Below, in pieces: positions 38,269 through 51,351 of a stretch of DNA of 64,000 nt. This stretch comes from Octopus vulgaris (taxonomy: Eukaryota): assembly GCA_951406725.2 (NCBI GenBank), contig OX597831.1, forward strand, positions 12,710,001-12,774,000, read 5' to 3'. The position numbers and the translations under genes are program-made. Numbering within the stretch: position 1 is the first letter of the stretch; each line of letters starts with the position of its first letter. Under the pieces are notes generated by a model. That model was given only the letters and a program-made list of their open reading frames with translations. It ran no database searches and was not told where the DNA came from.

Positions 38269-39959
38269 TATGCTTCAACACACGAATTCACATAAAGAAT
38301 CTTGCAAACCAAATACAAAAACGAAATACGCTGCTTTTGTTTCACAGAAATTTTGAAAATAACAAAGAATTTAAGGAAATAACTTTGTCTTTAATAAACT
38401 GGTGTTTTGGAACATAGATTCACGTGGAATTTTGGAGGAGGATCTTAATTTAGATCACTTTAAATAAGATGTTTGCATCATAGATACTAGATTTTGTGGG
38501 TTAAAATGATTAAAAAATCTACCTGACAAACAAATCTACCAGAAGGTCACCTGGTGTCCTTAGTCTCATGCAGCACTGAATTGGAAGTCAATTGAAATAT
38601 TGATTTCAGGCAAACCTTTGCACACAAGATGGTGTGCAAAACGTTGCTTAATAAATGGAAACTCAGTGAGACATTCTAAGGTTTTTTGGTAATAAATCCA
38701 TATTATAATAAATGCCATTTTTTTCTCTCATCTATCAATTCATCGTATACTATCCTCTGATCGTGACAATATGCAAATAATTTATTTGGAGAAACAAAAT
38801 AAAAAATAGTGAATTTAATTAATTTATACATTGAGGTATCTTATGCAAAATGGGGAAAAATTTATGATTGTGTTTCATTTTTAGTTAAAGCTTATTTCTT
38901 CCTCACACACCACCACACACAAAAACTATGTCTATGAATATTTCATTCTCAAATATGTCTATAAACTGGGTGATGAAAGGAAAAAGTTAAAGACAAGGAG
39001 ACTGGAAGAAGAAGACGAAGAGAGAGGGAATGAAAGCAGCGACAGATTTACTCAAGTATTCAGGCTGTAAAACAATTATGTATATGTATATGGTAAGAAA
39101 TTCATTGTCATTGCTCTGATTTGGTTGCCAATGCCATGTATTTAGTTTAAAATACAGTAAAAATAGGGGCGGGGTACTAAGAATTAAGTGGACCTTAAAA
39201 AAATAGACCCCCTTAGGACATTCCATAGGATTAGGGGAATTGCTGGTTTGAGTCTTGTTGTCCTTGCACCAACTGTCTAGGAGGAGTTAACGAACATAAA
39301 AATGTAACGGACAGAGAAACATCACTCAAATTCATAATTAGTCAAAGAATATAAAAAGGCTTCAGGGAGAAACACAACCTAAATTCCAATATTTTACCCA
39401 ATCATACAATCCCAAATATTATATCTGTTTTTCTGAAAATGACCATAGAAGTAATGTTAAGACTGTTTTAATTCTTTTAAAGACTCTTTGTAGTTAAACT
39501 AACTACATTTTAGATTAAAGATAATATGTTAAATGGATAAACAATTTGAATTTACAATTTTACCTTCTTACAGAGCAATTTTACCTTCAGCAGAGCAATG
39601 GGTATCAAACTAGTAAATAATCAAAATTATACTCTTGTAAAAACTGATGAGTGGGGCCCAAGAAAAGTCATGCTGTGATTATAAATCTTTATCTGAATGG
39701 TCCCTGAGAAATGTGCAACTGGTGTACATATAGACATATATCAGAACCATTGACATTGTGTGAGGGGTCCAATCTTGTGGGTACTTGATGACCTGACCAG
39801 TATTGCACTTGTGGCATGGAAAAAGCACCTAAATACACTCTGTGAAGTGTAGAAACCATGCCAAAGCAGATATTGGATCCAGGTACATCCCTCTAGTTAA
39901 TCAGTTCATGTCAAATCATCCAACCCATGCCAGCATGGAAAAAGGGAAGTTAAACGATG

Positions 39960-40000
<41 letters not shown>

Positions 40001-40466
40001 AGTGCGTGAGACACAAATACATATATGTGTGTTCATATGTGTTAATGAATCTATGGCTATATACACATTTTGATATACACACAGCTATTATTTCTTGAAC
40101 TAGAAGTGAACTTGCAACTGTCACTGCTCCTTAAGCTACAAGTGCAGACATTTTGTAACCTAATATGGAAAGAAAGCTGAAATATGAGGTTAATAAATTC
40201 AAAAGTCAGAGGGACCCCAACAACTGTGAATGTCTCCCTGGGAAGCCGATAGAGTTTCTCTGTTCACATTATCACTTCTTCGCAAAAAGGAAATGATAAT
40301 GTCTTTATCTTATATTATCTTTTGCTTTTCAGTAAAAGCCACTGAACTGCAGCCAAGCTGGAGCACCACCTTGAAGGGTTCAGATGAACAAAATGGCACC
40401 ACTCCTTATTATTTTTAAAATCTGGTACTTATTCTGGAATAAAGATTGTTTGCCAACATAACATGG

Positions 40467-40527
40467 CAGTCCTGGTTTAGGACGAATGTTGCTGTAATTT
40501 AGCAACATTCGTTCTAAACCAGGACTG
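40467..40527. repeat. 61-nt near-perfect hairpin
   Basis: CAGTCCTGGTTTAGGACGAATGTTGCT-gtaattt-AGCAACATTCGTTCTAAACCAGGACTG; 26/27 Watson-Crick pairs plus one G-U. Confidence 0.9.
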
Positions 40528-41336
40528 ATTACTCAGTTTCCAAGGTGTGTAAATCCCTGAAGTCACAACACTGCCCCCTGTCACTCCTGAATGGAACACT
40601 AGTCCATTACAAGACTCAAGGCTTGTATTTCAAAGGGGAGGGCACAAGCTGATTGTATTGACTCTCGTACTTGACTGGTGTTACATTTTATCAACCTGAA
40701 CAGATGAAAGGTAAAGTTGGCCAAGGCAGGATTTGAACCCAGAAGGTATAAAGCCAGAAGAAATGCTGCTAATAATTTTACAAGCTCAATGCCAATTGTA
40801 GTTGCTTAGTCTGCTGGAAATAGTAGTTTATTTTCCTTCATTTCAGAACACAATTGTCTCAAAAGGAGGCGAAAGACACGTTACTTAATGTAATTTGATT
40901 TAGGTTATTTGGAAGAAAGAATTATGAGATGGTAACAGCTGGAATAACATTGCTTCTGGAGCAGATGGATTAGCGCTGAAGTCACCTGACGCTAAACAGC
41001 AACAACAATAAAGGAAGTGAGCCGATGCGGATGTCTCCAAATATTTGCACAATCTGCTGGAAATAAAAACCAAACCTCCCCCAAAATAATACACCTACCA
41101 TCATAAAAGTGTAAAGGATCCATTGTAGAATATAATGGTAGACATAGAAATAGACAGATTGGTCATAACAGGGTCAGGTGTGAGCTGTGCTTGCACAAAA
41201 ATACAATGAAGATGATAACAACAACGGTAACTAAGAGAGGGATGATGACTACAATGGCAACAAGAATAATACACAGCAACATATTTATTGACTTGACAGC
41301 AGCACTGTAGTTTAGAAACAATAATAATAATAGTAG

Positions 41337-41705
41337 GGTGCCAAGAGCACCATCTGAGCGTGACCGTTGCCTGAGCAGCCAACTGGCCCCTGTACCTGTG
41401 GCACGTAAAAGGGCACCATTCGAGCGTGATTGTTACCAACGTCGCCTTACTGGTGCTTGTGCTGGTGGCATGTGTAAAAAGATTCAAGCGAGGTCATTGC
41501 CAGTACTGCCTGACTGGCCCCATGCTTGTGGCACGTAAAAAGCACCCACTACACTCTAGGAGTGGTTGGCGTTAGGAATGGCATCCAGCTGTAGAAACTC
41601 TGCCAGATCAAGATTGGAGCCTGGTGCGGCCGTCTTGTTCACCAGCCCTCAGTCAAAATCGTCCAACCCATGCTAGCATGGAAAGTGGACGTTAAACAAT
41701 GATTA
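41337..41705 (+). mobile_element. Family C SINE
   Basis: GTGGCACGTAAAA modules, GGCATCCAGCTGTAGAAAC block, CCAACCCATGCTAGCATGGAAAG tail. Confidence 0.82.
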
Positions 41706-41725
41706 TTATTATGATTATGATTATG

Positions 41726-41760
<35 letters not shown>

Positions 41761-42284
41761 GGTGGTGAGCTGGCAAAATCACTAGCACAACAGGCAAAGT
41801 GCTAAGTGGTATTTTGTACATTTTCACATTTTGAGTTCAAATTCTGCCAGGGTTGATTATTATTATTATTATTATTATTATTGTTATTAAGGTGGCAAGT
41901 TGTCAGAACTGTTAGCACATCAGGCAAAATGCTTAGCAGCATTTCACTTGCCTTAAGTTCTGAGTTCAGATTCCATTGAGGATGACTTTGCCTTTCATCC
42001 TTTCAGGGTCAATAAATTAAGTACCAGTTATGCACTGGGGTCAATGTAATCGCCTAGTACCTTCCCACCACAAAATTTTAGGCCTTGTGCCTTTAGTAGA
42101 AACGATCATCACCATTGTCATCATCATCATCTTTATCATCATTATTATTATCATTTTACTTCTCAGAGCTCTCGGTCTTACTTGTTCTGGTTGATTCTGT
42201 GAGAGCAAACAACAACCTGTTATCAGACATCTTACAAAGTCTACGATTATTATTATAATAATTATTATTATGATCATCATCACT

Positions 42285-42448
42285 ATTCAATAGTCTTATT
42301 TTTATCACGTGCTTTCATTGCTCTACCGAGAGCAGCTGTGTGTGGCTTGTACTGTGTGTTTGTTTGGGTGTTGCTATTTTCGCTGTGTTGAAAGTTCTTT
42401 ACATTGGATGTATACAGTGTCTAGAAGTACTATTTTCTGTACGTTATA

Positions 42449-42450
<2 letters not shown>
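42285..42450 (-). mobile_element. 3' end of a second R4/Dong-like element in an (ATT)n tract
   Basis: Minus translation YNVQKIVLLDTVYIQCKELS (cf. IQK.ALLGTA.ILRK.L) then a 3'UTR; (ATT)n on both sides. Confidence 0.6.
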
Positions 42451-42491
<41 letters not shown>

Positions 42492-42499
42492 CATTATTA

Positions 42500-42784
42500 T
42501 GTCAGAAAATGGTCAGTATGGATGGACCAATTCTGAGAATACACTTGTGAAAAAAAAAGTATAACAGGAGAAGGACTCTTGCCCTGTTGATCAGGCACCT
42601 GTGGTTTTTATGGGTTTTTCCACGAGTAACCTTTAAAGTGCCTCCCCCTATTGGGAGTTCTTATTTTATTTTTATCAAATGTTTACATGAATGTTTTTGT
42701 TTTTGCAAAACCCTTTGTATATCATCTTGTGTTGTCCTTTAATGTTTTGATTTATATTAGCCCTTGTGATCAATAAAAGAATGA

Positions 42785-42855
<71 letters not shown>
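42500..42855 (+). mobile_element. 3' end of a LINE (clade undetermined) with AATAAAAGAA and (TTA)n tail
   Basis: Ends TAGCCCTTGTGATCAATAAAAGAATGAA(TTA)n; the same terminus recurs at ~50995-51035. Confidence 0.5.
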
Positions 42856-42857
<2 letters not shown>

Positions 42858-43765
42858 TGTTATGGCAGTGAGCTGGCAGAGTTGTTAGCATGCAGGGTAA
42901 AATGTTTAGAGGTATTTCGTCTGCCACTACGTTCTGAGTTCAAATTCCACTGAAGTCACCTTTGCTCTTTATTCTTTTGGGGCTGATGAATAAAATACCA
43001 GTGAAACACTGGGGCAATGTGCCTTTAACAGAAAGGACTTTCTTTTTTAAACCTTTGCATACTATGTATATGTCCCTTCTTTTTCAGTGTATACCACATA
43101 TACATAACTTGTTTTTTTCTTTTATCATTTCATTATATATAAACCTCCCACACTTTATGTCAGTCTTTCTATTTCCCCCTTCATCCCAATAGCAAATAAA
43201 TGAAATCATCATCCTCATCATCATCATCATCAACCTCCTCATTGTCGAAGTCATCATCACCATCATTATTATTGTGGTGTTGGTGGTAGTTGTTGTTGCA
43301 TTTTTTTCCCCCTACCACGTATAAGTGTCCAAAGAATCAATACTCAAAAAGATCAATTCAGAAAGACAGAAGTTGAGACGAACCTTCTGTTACATATTAG
43401 CGTTTTATGACAAAAAAAAAAAAAAAAATTAAAAGAAAAAAAAAAGAAATGAAGAAAGAAAATTTCTTTTTCAAAATCAAGCAACATATTTCCGACATCT
43501 ACTCCTTTCAATACAAGTGACATGATACATAAATAAAGTAATTTTTAAAAAAGATGGGAAAAAAGGGTTTTCTTCCAGCAGTGACATGACAGTTATTGTA
43601 AAATGTAGCAATAAATATAAAAAACATAGCAAACGTAAGGGTTTTTTTGTTATTCTTTTTTGTTATTTTCTACAGTTTCCATTTGTTTTAGAAGGAATTA
43701 ATTTCTGTCAGTGTCAAGTCATAATCTGATCACATAGATAAGAGTGTGTGTTTATGTGTATACAT

Positions 43766-43826
<61 letters not shown>

Positions 43827-44236
43827 ACCATATATATTTATACACACAAAACAAATACACGTGTGTGTGTGTGTGTAAATATATATATATAAATACTCTC
43901 TCTTTTACTCTTTTACTTGTTTCAGTCATCTGACTGTAACCATGCTGGAGCATTGCCTTTAGTCGAGCAAATTGACCCCAGGACTTATTCTTTGTAAGCC
44001 TAGAACTTATTCTATCAGTCTCTTTTGTCGAACCGCTAAGTGACAGGGATGTAAACACACCAGCATTGGTTGTCAAGCGATGGGGGTGGGGGGGACAAAC
44101 ACAGACACGCAAACATATACACACACACATACATATATATACATATATGTGACAGGCTTCTTTCAGTTTCCACCTACCAAATCCACTCACAAGGCTTTGG
44201 TCGGCCCGAGGCTATAGTAGAAGACACTCACCCAAG

Positions 44237-44589
44237 GTGCCAAATAAACATACACACTATATATTCGTTCTTCAGTCTTTTGTGACTGTTCTTATTCTAG
44301 CTCATGTCCATTGTCCAGAAATCTTTCGTCACACATCTGTGACCTCTTCAGCGACACTTTCTGTCTTCGTGTGTGCTCCTGCTCTGCTTATTTCATTCTC
44401 TTCTTCTGTGCTGTATATCAGAGGAGATACACATCATAGAGGAGCAGAATGAAATAAGTGGAGCAAGAGCACATACAAAGACAAAATGTCTTGCTGAAGA
44501 GGTCGCAGATGTATGATGGACATGAATTAGAATAAGAACAGTCACAAAAGACTGAAGAACGAATATATAGTGCCTGTGTTTATTTGGCA
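44237..44589. mobile_element. Palindromic Penelope-like element with a hammerhead-ribozyme core in the left arm
   Basis: Arms TGCCAAATAAACA...TATATTCGTTCTTCAGTCTTTTGTGACTGTTCTTATTCTA and their reverse complement; truncates a family A SINE (~43900-44240). Confidence 0.7.
44312..44357 (-). ncRNA. Minimal hammerhead ribozyme-like motif
   Basis: Minus strand GTGTCG-CTGAAGA-G-GTCACA-GATG-TGTGAC-GAAA-GATTTC-TGGACA: intact CUGANGA and GAAA boxes and a perfect 6-bp stem II; stems I and III imperfect. Confidence 0.6.
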
Positions 44590-44735
44590 AAAAAAAAAAA
44601 AAAATGACCATCCTGAAATACAACAATATCTGTTTCAACACATGATTTCACATCCGGAGTCTTGCATCACAAATTCATAAACACACACACACACACACAC
44701 ACAATTCATGTACCAATGTCTCATATGTAATTCTA

Positions 44736-44758
44736 TGTATGTATGTATGTATATCTCC

Positions 44759-44828
<70 letters not shown>

Positions 44829-44835
44829 ATCTATA
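44736..44835. repeat. (ATGT)n then (ATCT)n microsatellites
   Basis: Direct reading. Confidence 0.95.
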
Positions 44836-46366
44836 TTTTTTTGTTTGTTTCAGCTCAGAGCTGTGGCCATGCTGATGCACCGCCGTTATATCTATATAAA
44901 GTATGGCTAAACAATTAACTGATTTTTGTTCCACAAAAGCTGACAAGGAGCATAATCACTGAAACATAAAGATTGTCCTGTGAGATAACTTGTGGAAAAT
45001 ATTCCATATTTTCTCTAATTTGAGTTCTCTTTATCCACAGTTTAAGCAATCCAGAAGGAATGAAATCATAACACTGAAAACTTGTCACATTACTCAACAC
45101 TAGTAATGATCAAACAGAAAGACTAAGACTGCTCTATCTGGATTCAGGTGTATCCCCACCTAACAGATCACCATCACCTTCATTTTAGTGTCCACTTTTA
45201 CACACTTGGGTCAGACATAATTCAGTGAGGCAGATTTTCTACTGCTTGGTGCCCTTCATGTTGCTTACCCACACCCTTTTCCCCTCATGATTAGGCATAT
45301 TTTCATAGAAGACTTGGAAACAGATGAAGTAACACTGCTTGTATAACGGTGTTGCCTGTTTACAACTATTGTGTGATGCCAAAACAAGGCAGCACAAACA
45401 CTTTTTCCATGCTTGCAGGGGTTAAACGAGAGAATGTTGGGGCCGAGTTTTCTATGGCTCAATGCTGTTCCCTGTTGTGACCCAACACTTATTTTCCAAG
45501 CGATCAACAATCTCCCAATCTGACGATAAACAAACATGAATTTGTGGAGAACTAGAAACAAATGAGGCCAAATGAACACGCTATCATCATCATTATCATC
45601 GTCATTTGACATCCTTCTTCCATGCTGCCATGGGTTGGATGGTTTGACAAGAGCTGTCAAACCAGAAAACTGCTCCAAACTCAAGTTCTCGTTTTTGGCT
45701 TAGTTTTTATGATTGGATGTCCTACATGTAACCACTGTACAGAGTGAACTGGGTGCTCTTTACATGCACCAGCACTGGCAAGGTCTGTTTGGCTGGATGC
45801 CCTTTCTAATACTAATCGCTTTACAGAGTGAACTGGTTACTTTTCACATGGCACCAGCACCTGGGGAGGTCTGCTTTGCCATGGTTTTTATAGATGTATG
45901 CCCTTCCAAACTTCAACCACTTTAAGGTGTGGAGTGGACACTTTTTATGTGACACCAGTGAGGTCACCAAGTATCTAATGAGACAAAGATCCTTTCAGAG
46001 GGGTGGTCTTTATGTCAGGTGATGAGGAGTCAGAGGATGACAGAGGGGCAGAAACAAGTGTCTTGCCTTACAGGAGATACATGTTTACCCCAGACAGAAG
46101 GGGAGACATCAAGAGGTTTGGACATACTTTCTGTAATGGATCGTAAGTGAAGTTGTTGTTTATAACCAGTAAACAAACATGTGCAAACAAGGAAATACAA
46201 GCCCCCCCTACCCTGCTCTCCATCTCTCTCGCACACACACAATGGTTTCTTTCAATTTCTATCTACCAAATCTACTCATGTGACTTTGGCTGGCCTGAAG
46301 CACTTGCCCAAGGTGTCAAAATGTGGGACTGGGCAACAAACTCTTAAGAACACAGGCACATCTGCA

Positions 46367-47036
<670 letters not shown>

Positions 47037-47037
<1 letters not shown>

Positions 47038-47157
47038 CATCATCATCATTGTTCGACCGTGGTCGAGACAATGGAATTTACTATGTTACGCCAGACTTCA
47101 CGGTCCATCATAGCATTACAGAGGTCCTGTTGCTGGATGCCTGTATCCCTGGAGATA
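47037..47157 (-). mobile_element. 3' end of an RTE-clade LINE with (GAT)n tail
   Basis: Minus translation [36 protein letters not shown] (DTG...L..AM.DR..WR..V) followed directly by (TGA)n. Confidence 0.8.
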
Positions 47158-47167
47158 TATATATATA

Positions 47168-47214
<47 letters not shown>

Positions 47215-47444
47215 GTATGAGAATAAAACATTCTTGGTGGTGTTCAAAGTATTAAATGATGATGGTGATGATGATATATAAGTGAATGGACAAGCAGGAG
47301 AAAGCGCAGCACTGAACACACCTGTGGTAGGAGCACTTGTATTATTTAATAACAGGTTTGACTCAACTCCATACAACTTAATGTTTGGTAGTTTCCTCAA
47401 TTAAACAAATGTATCTCTTGTGGCTCGTACACACATACACACAC

Positions 47445-47597
47445 ATGTGCAGACATGTGCGTATGTGCAGACATGTGCGTATGTGCAGACATGTGCGTAT
47501 GTGCAGACATGTGCCTATGTGCAGACATGTGCGTATGTGCAGACATGTGCGTATGTGCAGACATGTGCGTATGTGCACAGACATGTGCGTATGTGCA
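47445..47597. repeat. 18-bp minisatellite (ATGTGCAGACATGTGCGT), about 8.5 copies
   Basis: Direct reading; near-identical units with no spacers. Confidence 0.95.
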
Positions 47598-47717
47598 CAC
47601 ACAACTTTTAATTGTAGTCAATGAGAAAGCTCTAAATAACAACATAGAATATTGGGTCAAAAATCCCTTGGATGGAGAATGTGAAAGGCTTTACATATTA
47701 CAAACATATATATATAT

Positions 47718-48098
47718 AGGCGTAGGAGTGGCTGTGTGGTCAGTAGCTTGCTTACCAACCACATGGTTCCGGGTTCAATCCCACTGTGAGGCACCTTGGG
47801 CAAGTGTCTTCTACTATAGCCTCGGGCCGACCAAAGCCTTATGAATGGATTTGGTAGACGAAAACTGAAAGAAGCCCGTCGTATATATATATATATATAT
47901 ATATACATATATGTATGTATATGTTTGTGTGTCTTTGTTTGTCCCTATGCTGGTGTGTTTACGTCCCTGTCACTTAGCGGTTCAGCAAGAGAGACCAATA
48001 GAATAAGTACTAGGCTTACAAAGAATAAGTCCTGGGGTCGATTTGCTCGACTAAAGGTGGTGCACCAGCATGGCCGTAGTCATATGATTGAAACAAAT
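47718..48098 (+). mobile_element. Family A SINE
   Basis: Colinear with 15695-16100. Confidence 0.85.
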
Positions 48099-48549
48099 AA
48101 TAGAAAACATATAAGGGCATCCAACCCTAAAAAAAGCATGCTGAAACAGACACAGGAGGATGGTGCAGGCCAGCTCCTGTGAAACAGTTTGATCCATGCC
48201 ACCATGGAAGGAGGGCATTAAATGACGATGATCATATATATGGCTTAGTTTTTAGGGCGTTGCACTCATGACTGTGAGATCGTGGTTTCAATTCCCAGAC
48301 CGGGCGCTGCATTGTGTTCTTAAGCAAAGCATTTCATTTCATGTAGGTCTGCGATCATTTCGTCATCTGACATGTGGCACATGGTGCACCTGTACAGGTA
48401 ATGTCGATTTGATGGAGGGCATCAGCTCATATCTACACAAACATTTGATCACTATAATCAAACCATCTGCGTGGTTGTGCAGCAAGAAATTGCCGAACCC
48501 TCATATGTCGTCTAACAACGGGAGAGTTCATTATTATTAGATTTATTCA

Positions 48550-49200
48550 CAGGGTGCAATGGGTAAATTGTTGACATTTTATATTCTTGATTTCGTGCAT
48601 GTGCATTGTTTGTTTTTGATTTTGTTGACTACACAGTATAGTAGGGTCAGTTGGGCACCATCTGTGAGAAAAAGAGCACAGTGAATCAATTCACTCTGCC
48701 AGAAATTTTGAAATGACATGCTGCACTGCTTGGCATTTGTGCCAGAAGCTACAGTATGAACAAATGGTGAACACACAGAACAACCATTGGCTTACCATGT
48801 CCCCAAAACATGTACCAAGAGTGATAAAAATCAAACATCCAGTTAACATCATGGTATTTGGAGTGATCCCTAGTGATGGTGAGTTTTGCCTCCATTCATC
48901 TTCTCACACAGCCTCAGATTCAACACAGAGATCTATATCAAGTGCCTGGACGAGGTAGTGCTGCCTTGGGTCAAGAGGGTGGCTGCTGGAAAACCGTATG
49001 TCTGGCAACAGGACTCTGCACCATGTCACACAAGAAGGAGAACCCAGTCATGGTTGTTAGGCAATTTCTGTGATCACACCACCCCTAACATCTGGCCAGC
49101 TAACTCCCTAAACTGCAACCCCTTTGATTGTTATGTGTGGGGAACAGTGAGTGAGAGACCAACAAAACTCATTGTAACACCAAAGATGAACTGAAGGCCA
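48550..49200 (+). mobile_element. Internally deleted DD37D (maT) Tc1/mariner transposon; transposase pseudogene
   Basis: KHPVNIMVFGVIPSDG, then PPFIF...YIKCLDEVVLPWVKRVAAGKPYVWQQDSAPCH...WPANSLNCNPFDCYVWG; 37 residues counted between the QQD and NPFD aspartates; left end CAGGGTG at 48550. Confidence 0.9.
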
Positions 49201-49464
49201 CACTGTGTGTGTCTGTGTGTATGCATGCACGAATATACACACCATCATCATTATTTAACATCTGCTTTTCATATATCGTATTTTTGTGGTCACATTCTTC
49301 ATGCCCAAATGGGTTTATAAGTACATGTGAGTATATATATATACACGGATGTTAAATGACAATGATGGTGATGATATATAATAAATAATATGTAATATAT
49401 ACATATATACACAGAGATGTGTGTTTATGAATATATCATATATGTATGTGTGTGAGTGTGTCTG

Positions 49465-49502
<38 letters not shown>

Positions 49503-49854
49503 CATGTGTGTGTGTGTGTATATGCATGTATATATATATTTATGGTCGTGTGTGTGTGTGCATGTGTATATAAGTAAAATGATGTGAGCAGTTATAGAAA
49601 CGGATAAAGCTATGGAAAATGATTTCATATTCTGCACCTTATAATTTATCAAAATATATAATTTTATATAAAATGGAAGAAAAAAAAGAAAAGATATACA
49701 TAAAATTAAAGATTATATTTTCATGGCTATTTTGATAAAATCTCCCAAGTTTCTTTTTTTGTCTCTTTCAAATCTGCAAAAAGGTTATTCAGTAATAATA
49801 TATAGTAATAATAATAAAGAATTCTGGAAATTTGCTGTTGTTAGCAGTGATGGT

Positions 49855-50122
49855 ATTATTATCATCATCATTATCATCACTTATACCACCACTGCCACAA
49901 CCATCATCATCACCATCATCATCACAACACCACTACAACCATCATTATTGGTACCACCATTATCCACATCAGCCTCACCAATGCCAACACCTACACCACC
50001 ACCACCACTACCATCGTCATTATTACCTCCATATCCATCATCACACCCACCACAGCCACCAACACCATCACCATCATTACCATCATCACCATTATCACAG
50101 CCACCATCATTGCCACCACCAC
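49855..50122. repeat. Degenerate (CAT/CAC)n low-complexity tract
   Basis: Direct reading; source of the His-, Pro- and Gly-rich ORFs. Confidence 0.9.
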
Positions 50123-50349
50123 TAAAATTTACCCAAAAAAGCTGTAGCCAAACACAGGAGACAACCTTATAATATTTCTGAGCCACTGAGGGAGTAACTG
50201 CCCAGTGGTCATTAGACCTGCTAGAAACTGCAGTAAAATCTCCCTCGAAATACAATTAATTAATTAATTAATAGGGCAGGAGGCCCCTTTATCTTGCTGA
50301 AAATATGATAACATCTCTGTAGTTGGCACCAGGAAAAAATACCTTCAAT

Positions 50350-50520
50350 AGGTGCAGGAGTGACTGTGTGGTAAGTAGCTTGCTTACCAACCACATGGTT
50401 GCAGGTTCAGTCTCACTGCATGGCACCTTGGGCAAGTGTCTTCTACTATAGCCTCGGGCTGACCAAAGCCTAGTGAGTGGATTTGGTAGATGAAAACTGA
50501 AAGAAGCCCATCACATATAC

Positions 50521-50552
<32 letters not shown>

Positions 50553-50700
50553 GTGTATGTTTATCCCCCACCATTGCTTGACAACCGATGCTGGTATGCT
50601 TACGTCCCCGTAACTTAGTGGTTCGGCAAAAGGGACTGATAGAATAAGTACTAGGCTTACAAAGAATAAGTCCTGGGGTCGATTTGTTCAACGAAAGGCG
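50350..50700 (+). mobile_element. Family A SINE, 3' truncated
   Basis: Colinear with 15695 up to AAAGGCG. Confidence 0.85.
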
Positions 50701-50796
50701 AAAGTAAAAGAATAGACTTTATAAAATGGCTGGCACTAAGAAAGGTAACCAGTTGAAGCATTCAAGGCAAAAATGCAAGTTACAAGTTAAATGTAC

Positions 50797-51177
50797 AGTT
50801 CTGTATTTAAGAGATGAGGAATTATGTACATTATTTACATTGTTTACATTTGACAGATATTTGTCCTCATCTTGTTTGTTGTTGACACATTTCGGCTGAA
50901 ACACCCTTCTTCAGGTGTCTTGGGGAAATTTCGAACCTGGGTTCTCATTCCTAAGGTATTTTTCGATGTTGTTGTTGTTATTATTATTATTATTCATGTG
51001 TGTCAGCCCTTGTGACCAATAAAAAGAATTAATTATTATTATTATTATTCAGGTCACTGCCTGGAATCGAACTTGGAATCTTGGGGTTAGTAGCTCATAC
51101 TCTTAACCACTACCTACGCCACATGCCCGTTAACAACAAACAAGATGAGGACAAATATCCATCAATTGTAAATAACA
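50797..51177 (-). mobile_element. Composite short element: tRNA-like head, (AAT/AAC)n, degenerate hammerhead core, tail, and an inverted tail copy
   Basis: A-box-like TGGCGTAG(GTAG)TGG and B-box GTTCGATTCC (51063-51072); GACAC-CTGAAGA...GAAA-T-GTGTC (50884-50919); 51129-51177 is an inverted copy of ~50840-50886. Confidence 0.6.
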
Positions 51178-51351
51178 TGAATAATATAAGTTAAATGTAG
51201 TTCTCAGGAAAACTGATATGATGATGATGATGATGATGATGAAGACATATAAAAGACATTCTTGAAGCTAAGTTGGAATATAGACAGTAGCCTGAAGTTA
51301 TTTTGAATTCTTCATTTTAAGATATATTTGTAAATAAATATATAAATATAT

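Noticed and set aside
47385-47660. CRHVRM repeat protein or CRISPR-like array
   Set aside because: Contiguous 18-bp tandem repeat with no unique spacers and no cas genes, in a eukaryotic context.
49723-50255. Pro-, His- and Gly/Asp-rich ORFs
   Set aside because: Degenerate (CAC/CAT)n tract open in several frames; no splice or domain support.
51050-51129. Bona fide tRNA gene
   Set aside because: Acceptor stem does not pair and the A-box has a 4-nt duplication; treated as a SINE-type head. The other tRNA-like heads are SINEs too.
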